Shown here piece by piece: positions 41,411 to 55,739 of a DNA stretch of 64,000 nt. The first letter of the stretch is position 1. The number at the start of each line of letters is the position of its first letter. A model generated the notes under the pieces. That model made no database searches, had not been told where the DNA came from, and saw nothing but the letters and a program-made list of their open reading frames with translations. The stretch comes from Chrysomallon squamiferum. Lineage: Eukaryota > Animalia > Mollusca. The translations under genes were made by a program, and so were the position numbers. The stretch covers positions 28,768,001-28,832,000 of the forward strand of contig CM022671.1 of NCBI GenBank assembly GCA_012295275.1, given 5' to 3'.

Positions 41411-43813
41411 TTGATTTTTTTAATTAGATTTCTTTTTTAATACATAATAAGTGTCCACTGCCTAATATATAGTGTTAGTAATTGCGTTTGAATTCAGCCT
41501 GTCTGTCCTTTCTGTAACTAATCTTCAAGCCTAGTCACAACTTGATCCTTAATCTTTAGGAAGTATTTTGAAATGCGTTAATTTACTTAACGTCTTCTTC
41601 CATAACTGTTCTTCCCTTTTAGAAATATTCCTCAACAATAATTCTATCGATTGGACTTTCCTAAGTCAAGTAAGGAAAAATACTGATAAAAAAAAAAAAA
41701 AAAAAAAAATTTTTTATTAAAACGGGATGTCACGAAATCTTAATTGAGGTGAAAATGTTGATAATTAGTGCGAACTTCTTAACACCAACTCCACCAGAAG
41801 ATCGTTCGATAATTTTTTTTTTTTTTTTTTTTTTTTTAGGGGTTTATTAGAGATAGAAAAAAAAACCGTCGATTTTTTGTTGATAAAGGAATCCATTTTG
41901 GATTGTGTACATACTGAAATGAAGTAATTTAAGGATGAGATCAGATATAAAATAGCAGTACACGAATGTTTAGATATAGGAAACGAAGAAAGATGAGAGA
42001 TTTTCTTAATTCGACAAGTCAATGGGTTTGCGAACAGCACTATCTTACTCAAAATCTTACAGTCTTAATGTGAGTGTTTACAACAACAAAAAAAAGCTAG
42101 ATCGTTAGAAAAGAATTAAAAAAGAAAAAGAAGAAAATAAAAAGAAAGAAAGAAAAAAGGAAAGAAAGAGAAAACAAAACAAAACAATCAGAATTAGATT
42201 AGAAACGAGGGAAGAAAAAAGAACAAAGTATTGAGAAATTTCAAAATCTGTTTATTTATTTATGAATCTAAATAAATAAATAAATAAATAAACAAACAAT
42301 GGCACAAATAATAATAAATATAAATTAATTTAAAAAAATTAATAATAATAATAGTAATAAATAAAATAATGATAAATAAAAATAGTAGTATTTCTTGTGG
42401 CAATAGCAGTAGCAGCAGCAGTAAAGAAATAAAATAAAATAAAATCACAAACAGCTGTATAAAATAAATTTAATAACTTTCGTCAAAATTTTTATTTTGT
42501 CTTAAAAACATAGTTGAGAAATTACTGAAATAATTTCTTCAAACAATAATATTAACTTAACTCATCGCCTCCAAACATTCCTCGACACATTTTATGCAAC
42601 AATGAACATCATTTTCATAGCAGAAGCGCTAATGAACAAAGCGATGAAGTGAAAGAATTGCCAAGTCTTCTGAAAAAATGTCAACGCTGAAGTGGAATCT
42701 TTAGTGCAGTTTTATCACCAACATAATTCACTGATCCAAGTGTCCTGACTGGTCTTTTACTGGGCTGCGCATCATTCATTCTGGGTCGCGTTCTAGCGAC
42801 TTCAACCTTAATCCGGTTGCATCCAGTAACAGAGGTCTTGTAAAATGATTACAGATGTTGACAGAAAACATAAGTCTAAGAATTTTTTAATTATTATTTT
42901 CTGTGGAAAATGAAAAGCAGTTAAAACGAAATCGTGCAATATTTTAACACTAAATTAGGAACGGATAAATCTTGAGGACAAGAGCACAGCACAGAGGTTT
43001 TGGAAAATATTTCATTTCGTAAAAATAAAATCTTGAACACGTTTTCAACGTGTAATTCCTTTTTTTATTTTATTTTATTTTATTTTATTTATTTATTTAT
43101 TTTTTTTTTTTTTTTTTTAGTACATGGATGCGCATTACTTGCAGTAGTTATTAATTTTTATACAGCTTTTTAGTACGAATGTAAAAGTGAATAAATGTTA
43201 TCGAGATCTGGATATTTTCATAACTGATTTCTAAATTTTGGCGTTTAATAATTATGTCCACAATATGGATAAATGAGCTTGTGGAAGAAATGAAAAGTAA
43301 ATGAAGATTCATGATTTTCCCCAATACAAAAACTAAATATTTTGGGTGAAATTTAATTCTTCATTTTTGCTTTTCTGAAAACTTAATATTTGGTGATTGT
43401 TTGGTTCTTTGAATAAACTGATTTAAGGGGGGGAGGAAATAATAATAAAAAAAAAAAAAAAGTGCACGTTTTGGACTCATTTATAACTCAGTCTTTATAG
43501 ACTTGTTCTAAATATACAAACATTTTATTGTAGGTAATTTTTTTTTTTTTTTTTTTTTTTTAATTATTTATCATCGAGATATCAGAAAGACTAAATATTT
43601 TGTTATTCACCATTTTTTTTTATTATTTGTCCAGTAAATTAAGAGTTATTTGTGAATAAATACTTTTGACAACATAATAGTCAAAATAGTAGTTCACTGA
43701 CTCAAAATCATATCAAAAACTAAGAGTGTAACAAATCTCTAAAATGAATTATATAACAAATAATTATTCAACACCAATAATAACAAACACTGATACATGA
43801 AAGACAGGTGGGT

Positions 43814-43954
43814 TTATTTCTTTTTGCTTTTGTTTGTGTCACTTGAGGTTGATGATGTGGCAATGTTGAGAATGTTGAAAGATTTGGATTCGTGATGTTG
43901 TGCTTTTTTACACACTTCTTGTTCAATGTTTGTGTTGATTGTTCTAGTCAGACC
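43814..43954 (-). CDS. C19orf53: C19orf53 homologue exon 3
   Basis: TTGCAG| acceptor; GLTRTINTNIEQEVCKKAQHHESKSFNILNIATSSTSSDTNKSKKK*; 141 nt ending in TAA. Aligns to human NLEVGIRKKIEHDVVMKA. Confidence 0.85.
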   Translation of the reverse strand, partial: GLTRTINTNIEQEVCKKAQHHESKSFNILNIATSSTSSDTNKSKKK

Positions 43955-44417
43955 CTGCAATTAAATAACATGTATTGTACTTATGATTAAAAGAGAAAGA
44001 GAAAAAGAAGGAACATAAATATTTATTTGGATGTATTATTTTTTTTTTAACCAAAAGAAATAGTTGTAACAAGTTTTTGGTTTAAAATGTAAAATGAAAT
44101 AAGTAAAAATAATAAGTAAAAATTTTAGTATTAAAAACCTACAATAATTTTAAATAATAATAATAAATAAATAAATAAATAAATAAATATATAAATAATT
44201 ATTTCAAAAAATAAGCATACAACAAAACACACAAATGCAATATTGTCAACAGCAATAACAATAAATTTATAATAAAAAATAAATAAATGGAAGAAACATA
44301 ATTTGTTCATGCTAAAAATAATTTAATACTTTGTATTAACATTATTAATGATATTTAAAACTTTTTTAAATAAAATATTTATAAATTAATATTTCAGTTT
44401 TAAAACTTTCTCCATAC

Positions 44418-44476
44418 TTTTTTAATAACAGCTGCTTCCAAATGTTTCTGCTTCTTTGGAGCTATTACTTTTCTAC
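44418..44476 (-). CDS. C19orf53: C19orf53 homologue exon 2
   Basis: TTTCAG| acceptor; (G)RKVIAPKKQKHLEAAVIKK; |GTATGG donor; 59 nt, phases compatible. IAPKK is the family signature (human GRVIAPKK). Confidence 0.88.
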
Positions 44477-44985
44477 CTGAAATAAGACAAATATATCAAA
44501 AGATAATTTTGGTTAATGTACATCTGTGATAATAAAAATACAGATTTAAAATGCACTGTGACATTTTAGGATGATTGTTTTTTGTTTTGTTTTGAAATTG
44601 GGACGGATTTGGGGATTTTTTTTTTTTTTTTTTTTTAAATTTTTTTTTATTATTATTATTATTTTTTTTTTTTTTTAAAGTAAAGATTGTCTTCTATTTA
44701 CAGTTAAAACACTCATTTGGTGATTAAAAAAACCCTGTAAAATATATATATATATATATATATATATACGAAATGTGGCAGGTAAAAAGTTATCGGTTTG
44801 GGATGAATATGGAATAAGAGAGATAACTCTATTTAGCGCACATTTTTATCTCATGTTCACTCGTTGTAGAATTCATACGAGAGAAGGAAAAGAAGACGCA
44901 TTTAATACGGATGCCTCAAAACATAATTTATATTATGACCTTCTGAAAAATAAAGAATAACCAGCTATCCACGAATGTTACATAC

Positions 44986-45079
44986 CTTTCTTTAGTGTCT
45001 GTTTTTTGTCTTTATGACTGTGTTTCTGTTTTCCTTTGCCAGGTACCTTGACCTTCGTTTTCATTTTTCCCTGCGCCAT
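44986..45079 (-). CDS. C19orf53: C19orf53 / Leydig cell tumor 10 kDa protein homologue (UPF0390), exon 1 of 3; 97 aa in total
   Basis: MAQGKMKTKVKVPGKGKQKHSHKDKKQTLKK(G). Start context AAAAATGGCG; donor AAG|GTATGT; 94 nt, phase 1. The MAQG start is characteristic of the family. Confidence 0.88.
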
Positions 45080-45811
45080 TTTTGTAAAGGACGACCTCAA
45101 TATTTTCGTAGGGCAAGTCAACTTTGTATACCTTTTGGTGAAAAATAAAATAGCAATATTTTTTATTTAATTAAATTTTTTCGTGTGAACAGCTTATTAC
45201 TTCAGTATTTGTTATATATAATAAATAAGCATATACTACATTTGGAAGACTATTAAAAATAATTTTGGTTTCCCACAAAAGTTTTATACCCTTTAATGAA
45301 GAAGATGGAATTTCCCGACATAAACATAAACAGACCAAAAGATGGGGGATGAGTTGTTTCAGTTCGCCAGCGTTTGAAATTGTGCCAAGATGCATATCGC
45401 TTGTTGTTGTCTACTTGAAGGGTATGCTATTTTAGGATATATTGCGTTCAAATATTAGATTTTACTATTACATAATCAGATATCTTTAGGGTATATTAGT
45501 TAGATCCTGTCGAATATGAACGTATTGCTATATATTTCTCGTTCATTGATTTGACGACTGACGGAGTGACGACTTTTCATAATAATATTCCCAGCTGTTG
45601 ACAGCTTTTGACATTCACTATAAAATACCGATATCAGTACCACATGTTTTCGCCCACGGAACAACTTGACGTCGTTCACTTTTCGCTGATGTAACTGAAA
45701 ATACAGGATTGTGTCTATATCATTTAAAGTTCAGAGGTGCAGTGATTATGTAAGAAGGAGATTACATTTATTCTTTCAATCGTCAGCATCTAGTAGAACT
45801 ACCTTTATATT
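45080..45811. promoter_or_regulatory. Probable bidirectional promoter (C19orf53 / SARM1) and first non-coding SARM1 exon
   Basis: CpG-containing segment immediately upstream of the C19orf53 ATG, ending on + in a GTAAGT donor at 45812. CpG becomes scarce beyond about 46 kb, through to the end of SARM1. Confidence 0.5.
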
Positions 45812-46068
45812 GTAAGTACACTTTATTGAATTTGATATTAATTTGTTGCCTATAAATCAATGTTAATTTTACAAAATAGTAGATTATAGAGAATAAGAGA
45901 GAATTAAGGTTTTGTAAATTACGTTGTCGGAAAGTGCTCGTATGTGTGTGTGTGTAAATAGTATTGCTAGTATCATTTCAGAATAATTATATTATTTTAT
46001 ATTAACAATATGTTAATAAATGTTAATCAACTTTGAATGGAGGATGCCCTTTCTGTAATAGAATATGG

Positions 46069-46108
<40 letters not shown>

Positions 46109-46345
46109 TTACTGGAAATAGTATATGACAAAAATAAGAAGTTTATATCTATTATGTATTATTCAGTTATGAACCACCTAATTTTCCTTATGAACAGCAT
46201 TTGTTTTTAAAATCCACAGTAGGTAAAATACCTTATCAAGGATGGGGCTATAAAATTAAATATCTGTATTTCTGTTGGTCAGAATGAATACAATATCAAG
46301 TCAGATTGCAGTAAAATTTAAATTACATTTAAAGATTATTATTAT

Positions 46346-46388
<43 letters not shown>

Positions 46389-48800
46389 GAAGATGGAATT
46401 AAGCTAGACTATTTGAATTTAAGTAGTAATTATTGATTTTGTAATTTCATATCTCCTATTATGATTCTGTCTCTTTAATTTTGATCACAATAATGTTAAT
46501 GTTAAGAACCTGGTCATCTGATAAATGGCGTTTGATCACAGTGGCCTTGAACTTCAGTTTGATGTAAATACTGAAATAATCTGATAATAGTGTTACACAA
46601 CCAGATTAGGAAATGGATACAAAAACGTCTCAAAATAAGTGCAGTTGTTCCTCAGTCTTTTTGATTTGTTATTTATTAAATTAAAATCCACTTTTGACAA
46701 ATACAACCCCACCTACCCAAAACCCCAGCATGGATATCTGTTTTTTTTAATGTTTTTTGTTTTTGTTAACAAAAATTAGTAATAATTATTTATTCAAGAT
46801 TCATTAGTTTAGCGTGTATATATATATATACACAGAGAAAGAGAGAGATTATAATATAGAGAGAAAATAACTCAAAAATATTTAAACTGACTCTGTTACA
46901 GTCTGTATCAATGAATCATGATAAGAAGTAATGTAACACTCATTTTAAAATACTGCAACAATGTAACTCAAGCATTTCAAAATCAAGTTTAAATTGTATT
47001 TTATAGTTTTTACTTCAAACCTAATATTATGTCCAATGTGACTAATAAAATAAAAATAAAAATAAGTAAGACATTTTTTTACTGTTGAGTACAAGGAATT
47101 TCTTTATTGCTTTCCACACAAATGAATGGAATTTTTAAATACACGAACAAAAACATTGTTTACTAAGCCAGGTGAGATATTTGTTCTCTGTAGGGGTGGA
47201 TTACTAGTGTATTTTTAACATACCACAAGAGTATTAGATTACATCTTTAGAAGGAGACACAGTGTTTATTTTATTTATCTGCCTGACTGGGTATCTGTCT
47301 ATTTCTCTCTCTGTCTAACTGTCCATCTGTCTGTCTATATGTTTTCTGTCTAGCTATTTTCATGCATACCTGCTTTTGGATTTTTATTTGTTCACACACA
47401 CATATACCACTTAAACGTAGAACCATATGTATGCAGAAATATACACATGCCGACATGTGCATACATATACACACATATCCATATATATATATTTGTATAC
47501 AGTAATATACACACATATCCATACATATATAGTAAAACACACACATACACACACACACACACACATGCAGAAATAAACACACTCAAGTCAAATACAATAA
47601 ATAAACTAATTTTGTAACTGACTACACCACATGAGAGATATTTATCACTGGGTGTTTATATTTTATCCTTCAAACCCAGTTAAGTGGCACTAACTACATT
47701 TATATAACAATGACTTGTAAATATTTATAAAAACAAGTATGATAACAAGACCAGTATGTATACAGGCATGTTTTCATTTTATAAATATTTTCTTTTTTTC
47801 ATCATTATTATTATTTTGATTTATTTTTAGTATATGTTTTGGTTTTGTTAACAACGTAAATTTAAATGTTTTTTTTTTTAAATATGTTTCATCTTCGTCT
47901 TTGTTTTTTCGTCTTCTTCTTCTTCTTCTACTTTGTCTCTGTCTTTCTTTTTTTCTATTCCACATATAATTCTTCTCTTTCACTTAGTCTACAAATAGAT
48001 ACATAGAAATATATTACTTTACCTTTTCTCACTCTGCACCTCACTTAACAATACATTTTTCGTGTCTAGCATTTTTATTTTTATTTTTTTATAATAATAG
48101 AACAAGCACATTCCAAAGAGAGAGAGAGAAAAAAAAAAAAAAAATATTATAAATTAATCAAACAAGGAAAATTTAACAACAACTAAACAAACAAACAAAC
48201 AAGTTTCCACAAAAAACCCAAAGCAAAAAGAAGAAGAAGAAAGAAAGAAAAATATAAACATATAAATTAATCATATGTGTTTCTTTGATAAATATTATAT
48301 ACCGCATATATAATATATTATATAATATATGGGGAAAATTGCTTTATTATCAAGCTGTTATTAACTGTTCAGTTTGCTATTCAAACCAATTACCTAATAC
48401 TGAGAAGTTCTATGAGTGCATCTCATGGCACCATTTGTTATCATTTCATTACAGCAAGCATTTCCGTGGCAGACTGCCCATTGTTTCACTTCCCTTACTG
48501 ACCTGCTTGCCTGTTAGTATTGTTATTTAGCCAGTTGTAGTAGGTTGATCTAACTCTTTACACACAGACAGTTCACATTCCAGCTCTGTTTTCCAGATTT
48601 ACTAGATTTACATCTGGATAAAAGGATATTGCTTGTATGTTCAAATGATTGATTAATGACCCCCGTTTACAAAGTATTTGTTGAATCCAGAAGTTTTGGT
48701 ATTCTGGTTGAATGTAGAGCACTTTTGGTGTTAAAGCAAAGATATTTGTTTTGATATTGTGTATTTTATTTATTTTAGTATGTCTTTTAGAATTTATATT

Positions 48801-48919
48801 GGATATTTATTCTTTGGAAGGGTCTCAGAAATTTACTGTATAAAAAATATCCCCATGATGAAGGTCTGCATACCTTGCTATTATATATTTTATCTAATGT
48901 CAAGCTTTTTATTTTTTCA

Positions 48920-48954
<35 letters not shown>

Positions 48955-49024
48955 GATATATATTCATTGGAAGGACTGTAGAAATCTGTTGTATAGAAAT
49001 ATCCCAAAGATGGTTGTGCATACC
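48801..49024. repeat. Diverged direct repeat of about 72 bp flanking an (AAT)n tract
   Basis: GGATATWTATTCWTTGGAAGG...AGAAAT...TGTATA.AAATATCCC...GATG...TGCATACC at 48801-48874 and 48954-49024. Confidence 0.7.
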
Positions 49025-51170
49025 AAGAATTTTTATTGAAGCTTAATACTACAAGATGTGCTAAATGTTAATGGTTGGTATCATGCTTCTGATTCTGTTT
49101 ATATAGCCAAAAAATAAAAAACCGGAGGAAGAAATGTCACACATATGTTTGTACTGTTGTCTATGTTGTGTCCAGAAATTGTACGCCAAACTTGGAAAGG
49201 CTATACTACTGAAAAGAATAAAGTGTAGACTAATAAATATACAGTTTTGCCATGCAAATAATTTTCCATAGCCAAGAAAGATGCAGGGGTTCTATGTAAA
49301 TTCATATATTATTATTTACTATTATTATTAGTTTTTCTTATTGCTGTCAACACAAACAAATGGGCAAGTTTATGTATGATGGCTATTTGGTGAAGGTTGT
49401 CGTTTTATTAAATTTGTTTTTATCAATATTCAAGATTATTATTGTTGTTGTTGTTGTTAAAATATGAATATATGCCAGCAGGAGTTTCCATTTTCTATCA
49501 TTTCATGATTTGCTTTTGTTCAGAGAAATATTAAAAATATCGAATAAACTGGGCAATTAGTTAATGATTTAACTTTTGTTTAAACCACTGCATAATTTCT
49601 GTATACAAAATGTGCAAGAATTGATCACATTTCTTTCGTTTGTGTTTTCCACCATATTTTTGGAGCACCATGCAACATCAGCAAAAGAAAATTACCCAGT
49701 GCATCTGTAGAGATTTTTCATACTGCTGTCAAAGCTGATCATATCTACACTAACAAAGGTTGGCTGGCATCTGAAAACAAATGAAAACAATGACAATGAA
49801 GTATGTAAAAGTGTAATTGGGTTGTTTGTTCCCACTTAGACAGCTAGACTTTCAAGACTTGAGTTTCTATACTGTCTGCTTTGAAGGATTCTTTGTAAAG
49901 ATCAAATCAAAACCAAATCAGAAATATCTTCCAGATTGTAGTAATGTACTGCAGAATGAGTATATTCTGTATATTTGTATTTGACACTTAGGGAAAAAAA
50001 AAAAAAAAAAACCCAAAGAAAATGTTCTGCAAAGGATCTAAGATAAAGAATGTGAGAATTTTTCTTTACCAAACTCTTTATACTTTTTTATTTCTCGGAA
50101 TACAAGGAAAGAGTGTAAAAAGGAAGAAAGTATTTGACTGAAACTGTTGGTAATTTTTTATTGTTGTTTTCTTAGAAAGTCTAAATGATGATGAAATCAC
50201 AAAGACCTAATGATATTAGCTTAATTTTATACAACTAGAGAGAGTAGGCAGAAAAAGAAGTTTTTAAGCATAATGAAAATATATAATTCTGTTCTTCAGA
50301 AGAGCTAAAAAAAATAACATCTGTGAATTTATTTACAACTTTAAATGGTTCAGAATATAAACTATAAACATCTTTACAAAATTAATTATTTAATTTTGTA
50401 TTAATATGACTATTCAAGAAAAGTTTAATAATAACATTTAAAACATTCTTTTTTTTTCTGTTTTCATAAATTCCTTTGGAAAATTTAGGAAATACAAATT
50501 ATTAAATATATTGCAGATGTTAAAAAACTGCATATTAAAATAATAATTTCTAATTTTTCTCAGCAGCACAAACATGTGTTTACTCTTATATATATGAGAG
50601 ATAAGCATTTGAAATTTGTTTAGTGTCTGTGATAATGACTGGCTTATTTAATATATTATATACAATCTCTCTGTGTTTACTTTTCCTTTCAAAATTAAAG
50701 AAATCCATGTAATAAAATATATTACAGATGTTAAAAACAAAACCATAAAAAACCCGCATGAAACCAGGCCTCCATTAAAAAAAAAAAAAAAAAAAAAAAA
50801 AACCATCAATAAAAATCAATAAAAATCCCAGCCTTCTTATAATAATAATAATAATAATAAATTAAATTATTAAAATAAAAATTGAACATGGTACAGAGCC
50901 CTATGCAAGTCTGCCTTTTATCTCATAATTATGATGAGCACAGAAGGAAGTGCTCAAAGTTGGTAAGCTTTGTTTTGATGTTCTCGTTATGTAACAGGAA
51001 GGTCATATTAAAACTAAACCCTTGTAAATCTTCATTTAGTGATATCACATTTCAGCTAGTTAATACTTAATTATCTCAGATTATCATTATTTATTACATT
51101 ATATAAACATGTTCCTTGTATGCATGATGAACCAAATTGTATATTTTGATATAATACTAATTTTTGAAAT

Positions 51171-51218
<48 letters not shown>

Positions 51219-52853
51219 GAAAGACATTTTTTTTATTTTTCAAAACAAAAATTCATTGTTATTATTATTATTATTGTTATTGTTATTGTTATTGTTGTTG
51301 TTATTATTATTATTATTATTATTATTTTGTTCTCTGTTTTTTGCTTCAGAAAGCCAACCTACATAAACATTGTTGATTGTCATAAAAATAATATTTATTC
51401 TGTAGACATATTTCTGTTTGTTTGTTGTCAGAGAATGAAAATAATATTTATTCTGATGACATATTTGAGTTTGTTTAACTGCCAGAAAATGAAAACGGTT
51501 CTAAATAACGTTTTGTTTATTTTACTCATACACAACAAATTCAGAATTATCTGAATTACAAAAATACTGCTCAAATGGTACAATAAATACTCTGTTGTAT
51601 TTGTTATAGAAGGGTTGTTTTCGATCAGTGGATATGATCAGTATTTCACTATTGATATAACTATATGCTGTCTGTGTACACAATATGTTTTCAAAGTTCA
51701 GAGATATGATCCATGTACAGTAAATGTTGATTAATATGAGTGAGGGGTAAAAAAAAAATCTTTATTTTGATCTATGAATAGTTTTTGTGTAGGAAGAAAA
51801 ACTTGTCATTTATAATCACTGTGATATAGTTGTTCACGAAATACAAGGAAATGGTTGTAGTTTCTGTTGTAAGCCATTTATCTTTGGAGTAGTGGGTTAG
51901 AATGTGAATGACTGAATCAGTAAATGAACAAATGAGTGAGTCAGTGATTGAATTAATATTAGTGAATATGTGAGGTAATGAATGAATGAATGAATTAATT
52001 ATGAATGAATGAATGAATATTTTTATAACAGCATAAAATTACTTCAGCTACAAATGTATGAATTTTCCTCGTTATGATTATTGGGTTATTATTTCCCAAT
52101 CCAGCCACAGTCCACTTGGTACCAGATTTATAATGTGTTTTACCAATCATCTCAATTCCAGTTCAACAGTTGCTAGGATTTTTACTAATTATTCCAGCCT
52201 AGCAATATAAAAATCTAGTAAAATCTCATAATAGTGTTATAAGCTTGAAATGAATAAACTGATTAAATATTGCCAAAATATCTACCTTTTGTATATTATA
52301 ATAAATTTATAATGGCAACACATTTTTTTTATCTAAAAGCCTTATTTTAAAAGAAAAAAAGAAAAAGAAAAGTCCTTTCAGAAACAGAAAATTACAACCA
52401 ATAACCCAGATTCAGTTTAAGTTAAACATTAATAATGAAATTCAGTAGCACTTTCAATAATACAAAAAAAAAAAATACATATGTGTATACATACAGATTC
52501 ATATGTAAAATATGCAGGTATTCAGTGTACACTACATTATGCTGCATGTTGCTAATGTACTTGTATGAACATGTAGCACATGAAAACAGTGAAAGTAGTC
52601 GGCAGTGCAGTGTATTCATCTGATACTAAACAAGACTGGGTGTAATACAAATGTGTAAAATGAATGATTTAGAATGTCTAAAGTGAGTTTAAATTACTAA
52701 GTACAATGTGCATTTATTATTGTGTTATTTGTTGCTGTTTGGATCTCTTTAGGTATGTTTTGTTACATAAAAAAAATATTTTTACTAGTATCTATTTCTG
52801 TTTCATACAGCATTCTTTTGTTCGCTTTCTCTCCTTTTTGTTTTCTCTAACTG

Positions 52854-52920
<67 letters not shown>

Positions 52921-54079
52921 CCTACCCTACATTCCCTCTCTCTCTCTCCTCTATATTTCTTTCTTTCTTGTTCTAGAATGAGTTAACACTAAAATAAAAC
53001 TTTTTTTCTTTTCCATTTTCCTATTTCTATACTAGTATATTTTTTCTTCAGACCATCTCCCTCTTTTCCTTCTTTCCTCATTGCCTCATAATCTTTCTTT
53101 CCATGACATTAATAATTAATGCAGAAACTTTAATAATCACAGCTACGCATACTCTGTACACACTTAATGTATTCCCTTGTTTTCCCATGATGCCATTAAT
53201 AATTTCATTTCTTGCCAATTATGCTGATATTGAGAACATTTTGTCAAGTTGAAGCCACATACCAGATTAGGAACACAAGCTTATTACCTCCAGCCTTGAG
53301 AGAGAGAAATCAATAAATTAAGATCAATATCTTTAGAGATAATAATTACAGAATTAGCTTCTCTGTATTAAGCTGGCTTTATTGATTATGGCTGCTTCAT
53401 TAATGACTCTTTGCTAAATTTGAAAAGTGTGATGTTGTAAAATTCTCTCAACTAGTGAAGAATATTTGAATGTGAAAAATGAAATGTCATTTGATCAACC
53501 ATTAGCGGTACATGTATCGTTAAATCTTCTGAAGATTCAACCACATCAGGCTTGGACATAATTAGGATTCCAAGTTGTTTGAGCAAAACTGCAGTGGCAT
53601 TATAGGATTAGTTCAGAGTGAAAATAAACTTTAGATGGTTTGTATCTGCCAAGTATCTCTGACAAGTCTGATAAAAATTCTTACTAAGAATAGAAAAATT
53701 GAAAAAAAACCCACCTGTTTGGTTGTAAATTTTTTTTTTTGCTGTCATTAATCATGTTATTATTTAAAAAAAAAAATTGCATTTACTATAAAAGAATGAT
53801 AAATGAAAAAAGAAGGAAATTATTTTTGGAGCTGATGTTATCACATGAACATATGCATGTTCTTACATTATCATTCTCTCACACATACATAAACATAAAA
53901 TCATAAAGTCATAACAAAGAGAAACACCCATATATTCAGACACACAAAACACTCATTTAGTTATTATCACGTACAGATTAATATTTTATTTTATTTTTTA
54001 CTAAGGTCACAACCAACATGAGAAGAGATTTACAGAAACTCTGTTAGTAAAGAAGCCATTAGATTACACAGTTTCTGCA

Positions 54080-55570
54080 ATGGCTGAAGCTGTGCATGTA
54101 CAACACTCCAAACCAGAGGCCTACGCCAGGCCTTCAAAAGAACTACCATCTGCCATGAGGAAAGTTCCATCAGAATCTACAATGCCTCAGGAGGCCAATG
54201 ACCAGATCCCTACAAGTTCTTGTTCCAGAAATGACCCTTACAAGGCTCTGGAGCGTTCTCAGTCTGCTGCAGTTTTACATTCGCCTCAGGACTCCCCCAA
54301 CCCAGATGTGAGCAATTTGGAAAGACTCCACGATGACTGCAGTGGAAATGTTTCAGAGTGCTCCAAGGTGTACATGGACTTGTCAAAGGCTGAAGCTTAT
54401 GCCAAAGTGGAGCTGGAGTCTGGCAGTGGCAGCATGATGAGAATGTCATCCGGAAGATTCCTGGAAACCATAGTGCAAGATGAAGAACTCAGTACTGGTG
54501 ATTTGTCTCATGTTTATGCCAGTCAGAGATCTCTCTCTGATGACAGCACGCCTAATCTGGGTGGCAGCAGTGAGGATCTTACTGGGAATGAATATTCATC
54601 CGAGTCCTCAACCTCTGTGGTCTTTGTGGACAGTTCGGTGGCTCAGCTTCAAAAGAAGAAGGACAAAACTAACCTGAAGTCTTCATTTCAGATCTATTCC
54701 CATTCTCTGAAGCAGAAGATCAAACAGCTGCAGATAGGATCAGTTCCTGAGCAAGTGGTTGCTCTGCAGGAGTTGAATGTGCTGCTGGAACAAGCCTGGT
54801 CACTGCCTGTTTATGGCCGCGACCTGGCATACAGCTTGTGTGACATAATAAGAAATGAAAAAGCATTTGACATAATCATAAATAACTGTGCCTCTTCTAA
54901 CAGGGACTTGCTCAAGGTTTCTGCCAATCTCCTCGAACAGACCTTAACCACTGAGAATCGCAAACAGCTAGCTAACAATGGACTTGAAATTGTTGTCAGG
55001 ATGATATGTGAGGCAAAGGGTAACTGTGAACTGGCTCGCCCAACAACTGGAATCCTGGTTAGTCTCTTTAAGATCTCAGAGGAAACGTGCACAAAAGTTA
55101 TTCACCTTGGTGGTTTGGATGTTGTCATCTACTGGTGCCGGTGCAATGACCGCTTGACTCTAAGACACTGTGCCATGGCTCTGGCAAACCTTGCTTTATA
55201 TGGAGGCCCAGAAAACCAACATGCCATGGCCAAAAGCAAAGTCCCCGAATGGCTGTTTCCACTGGCTTTCATAGATGATGACAGCGTGAGATACTATGCC
55301 TGTCTTGCCATTGCTGTGCTTGTTGCTAACAAAGAGATAGAGACTGCAGTGGAAAGCTCTGGAACACTTGATCTTGTTATGCCCTTTCTTATTAATCACA
55401 ACCCGGCTGATTTCGCAAAGATGGATCAGTCACATCAGCATGGACGGTCAGCTGGATGGCTGAAGAGGCTGGTTCCTGTGCTGTCCAGCAAGCGCGAGGC
55501 TGCCCAAGCTTTAGCTGCCTTCCACTTTGTCATGGAGGCTGGCATCAAATCCGAACAAAACAGAAAAGAG
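54080..55570 (+). CDS. SARM1: SARM1 coding exon 1: Ser-rich N-terminus and ARM domain. Full CDS is 8 exons to 62575, 2643 nt, 880 aa
   Basis: EQAWSLPVYGRDLAYSLCD, LLEQTLTTENR, LRHCAMALANLALYGG and EWLFPLAF match the SARM1 ARM domain. Donor GAG|GTTTGC, phase 0. Acceptor at 54005 with the frame open from there, so the true start may lie upstream. Confidence 0.95.
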
Positions 55571-55739
55571 GTTTGCTTCAGTGTTATATATATTTTTTTA
55601 TCAGTAATTTTTTTTTTTAATTAATTTTTAAAATTTGCTAATTTTTAATTTTTAAATATTTTTAATTATTTTTTAAATAATAATATTTATTATGATGCTA
55701 TAGTATAATAATAATAATTTTAATAAAATAATTTAAAAT

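Noticed and set aside
55571-55624. C-terminus VCFSVIYIFLSVIFFFN of the 514-aa ORF as a transmembrane tail
   Set aside because: Read-through into the intron after GAG|GT. SARM1 homology resumes at 56439.
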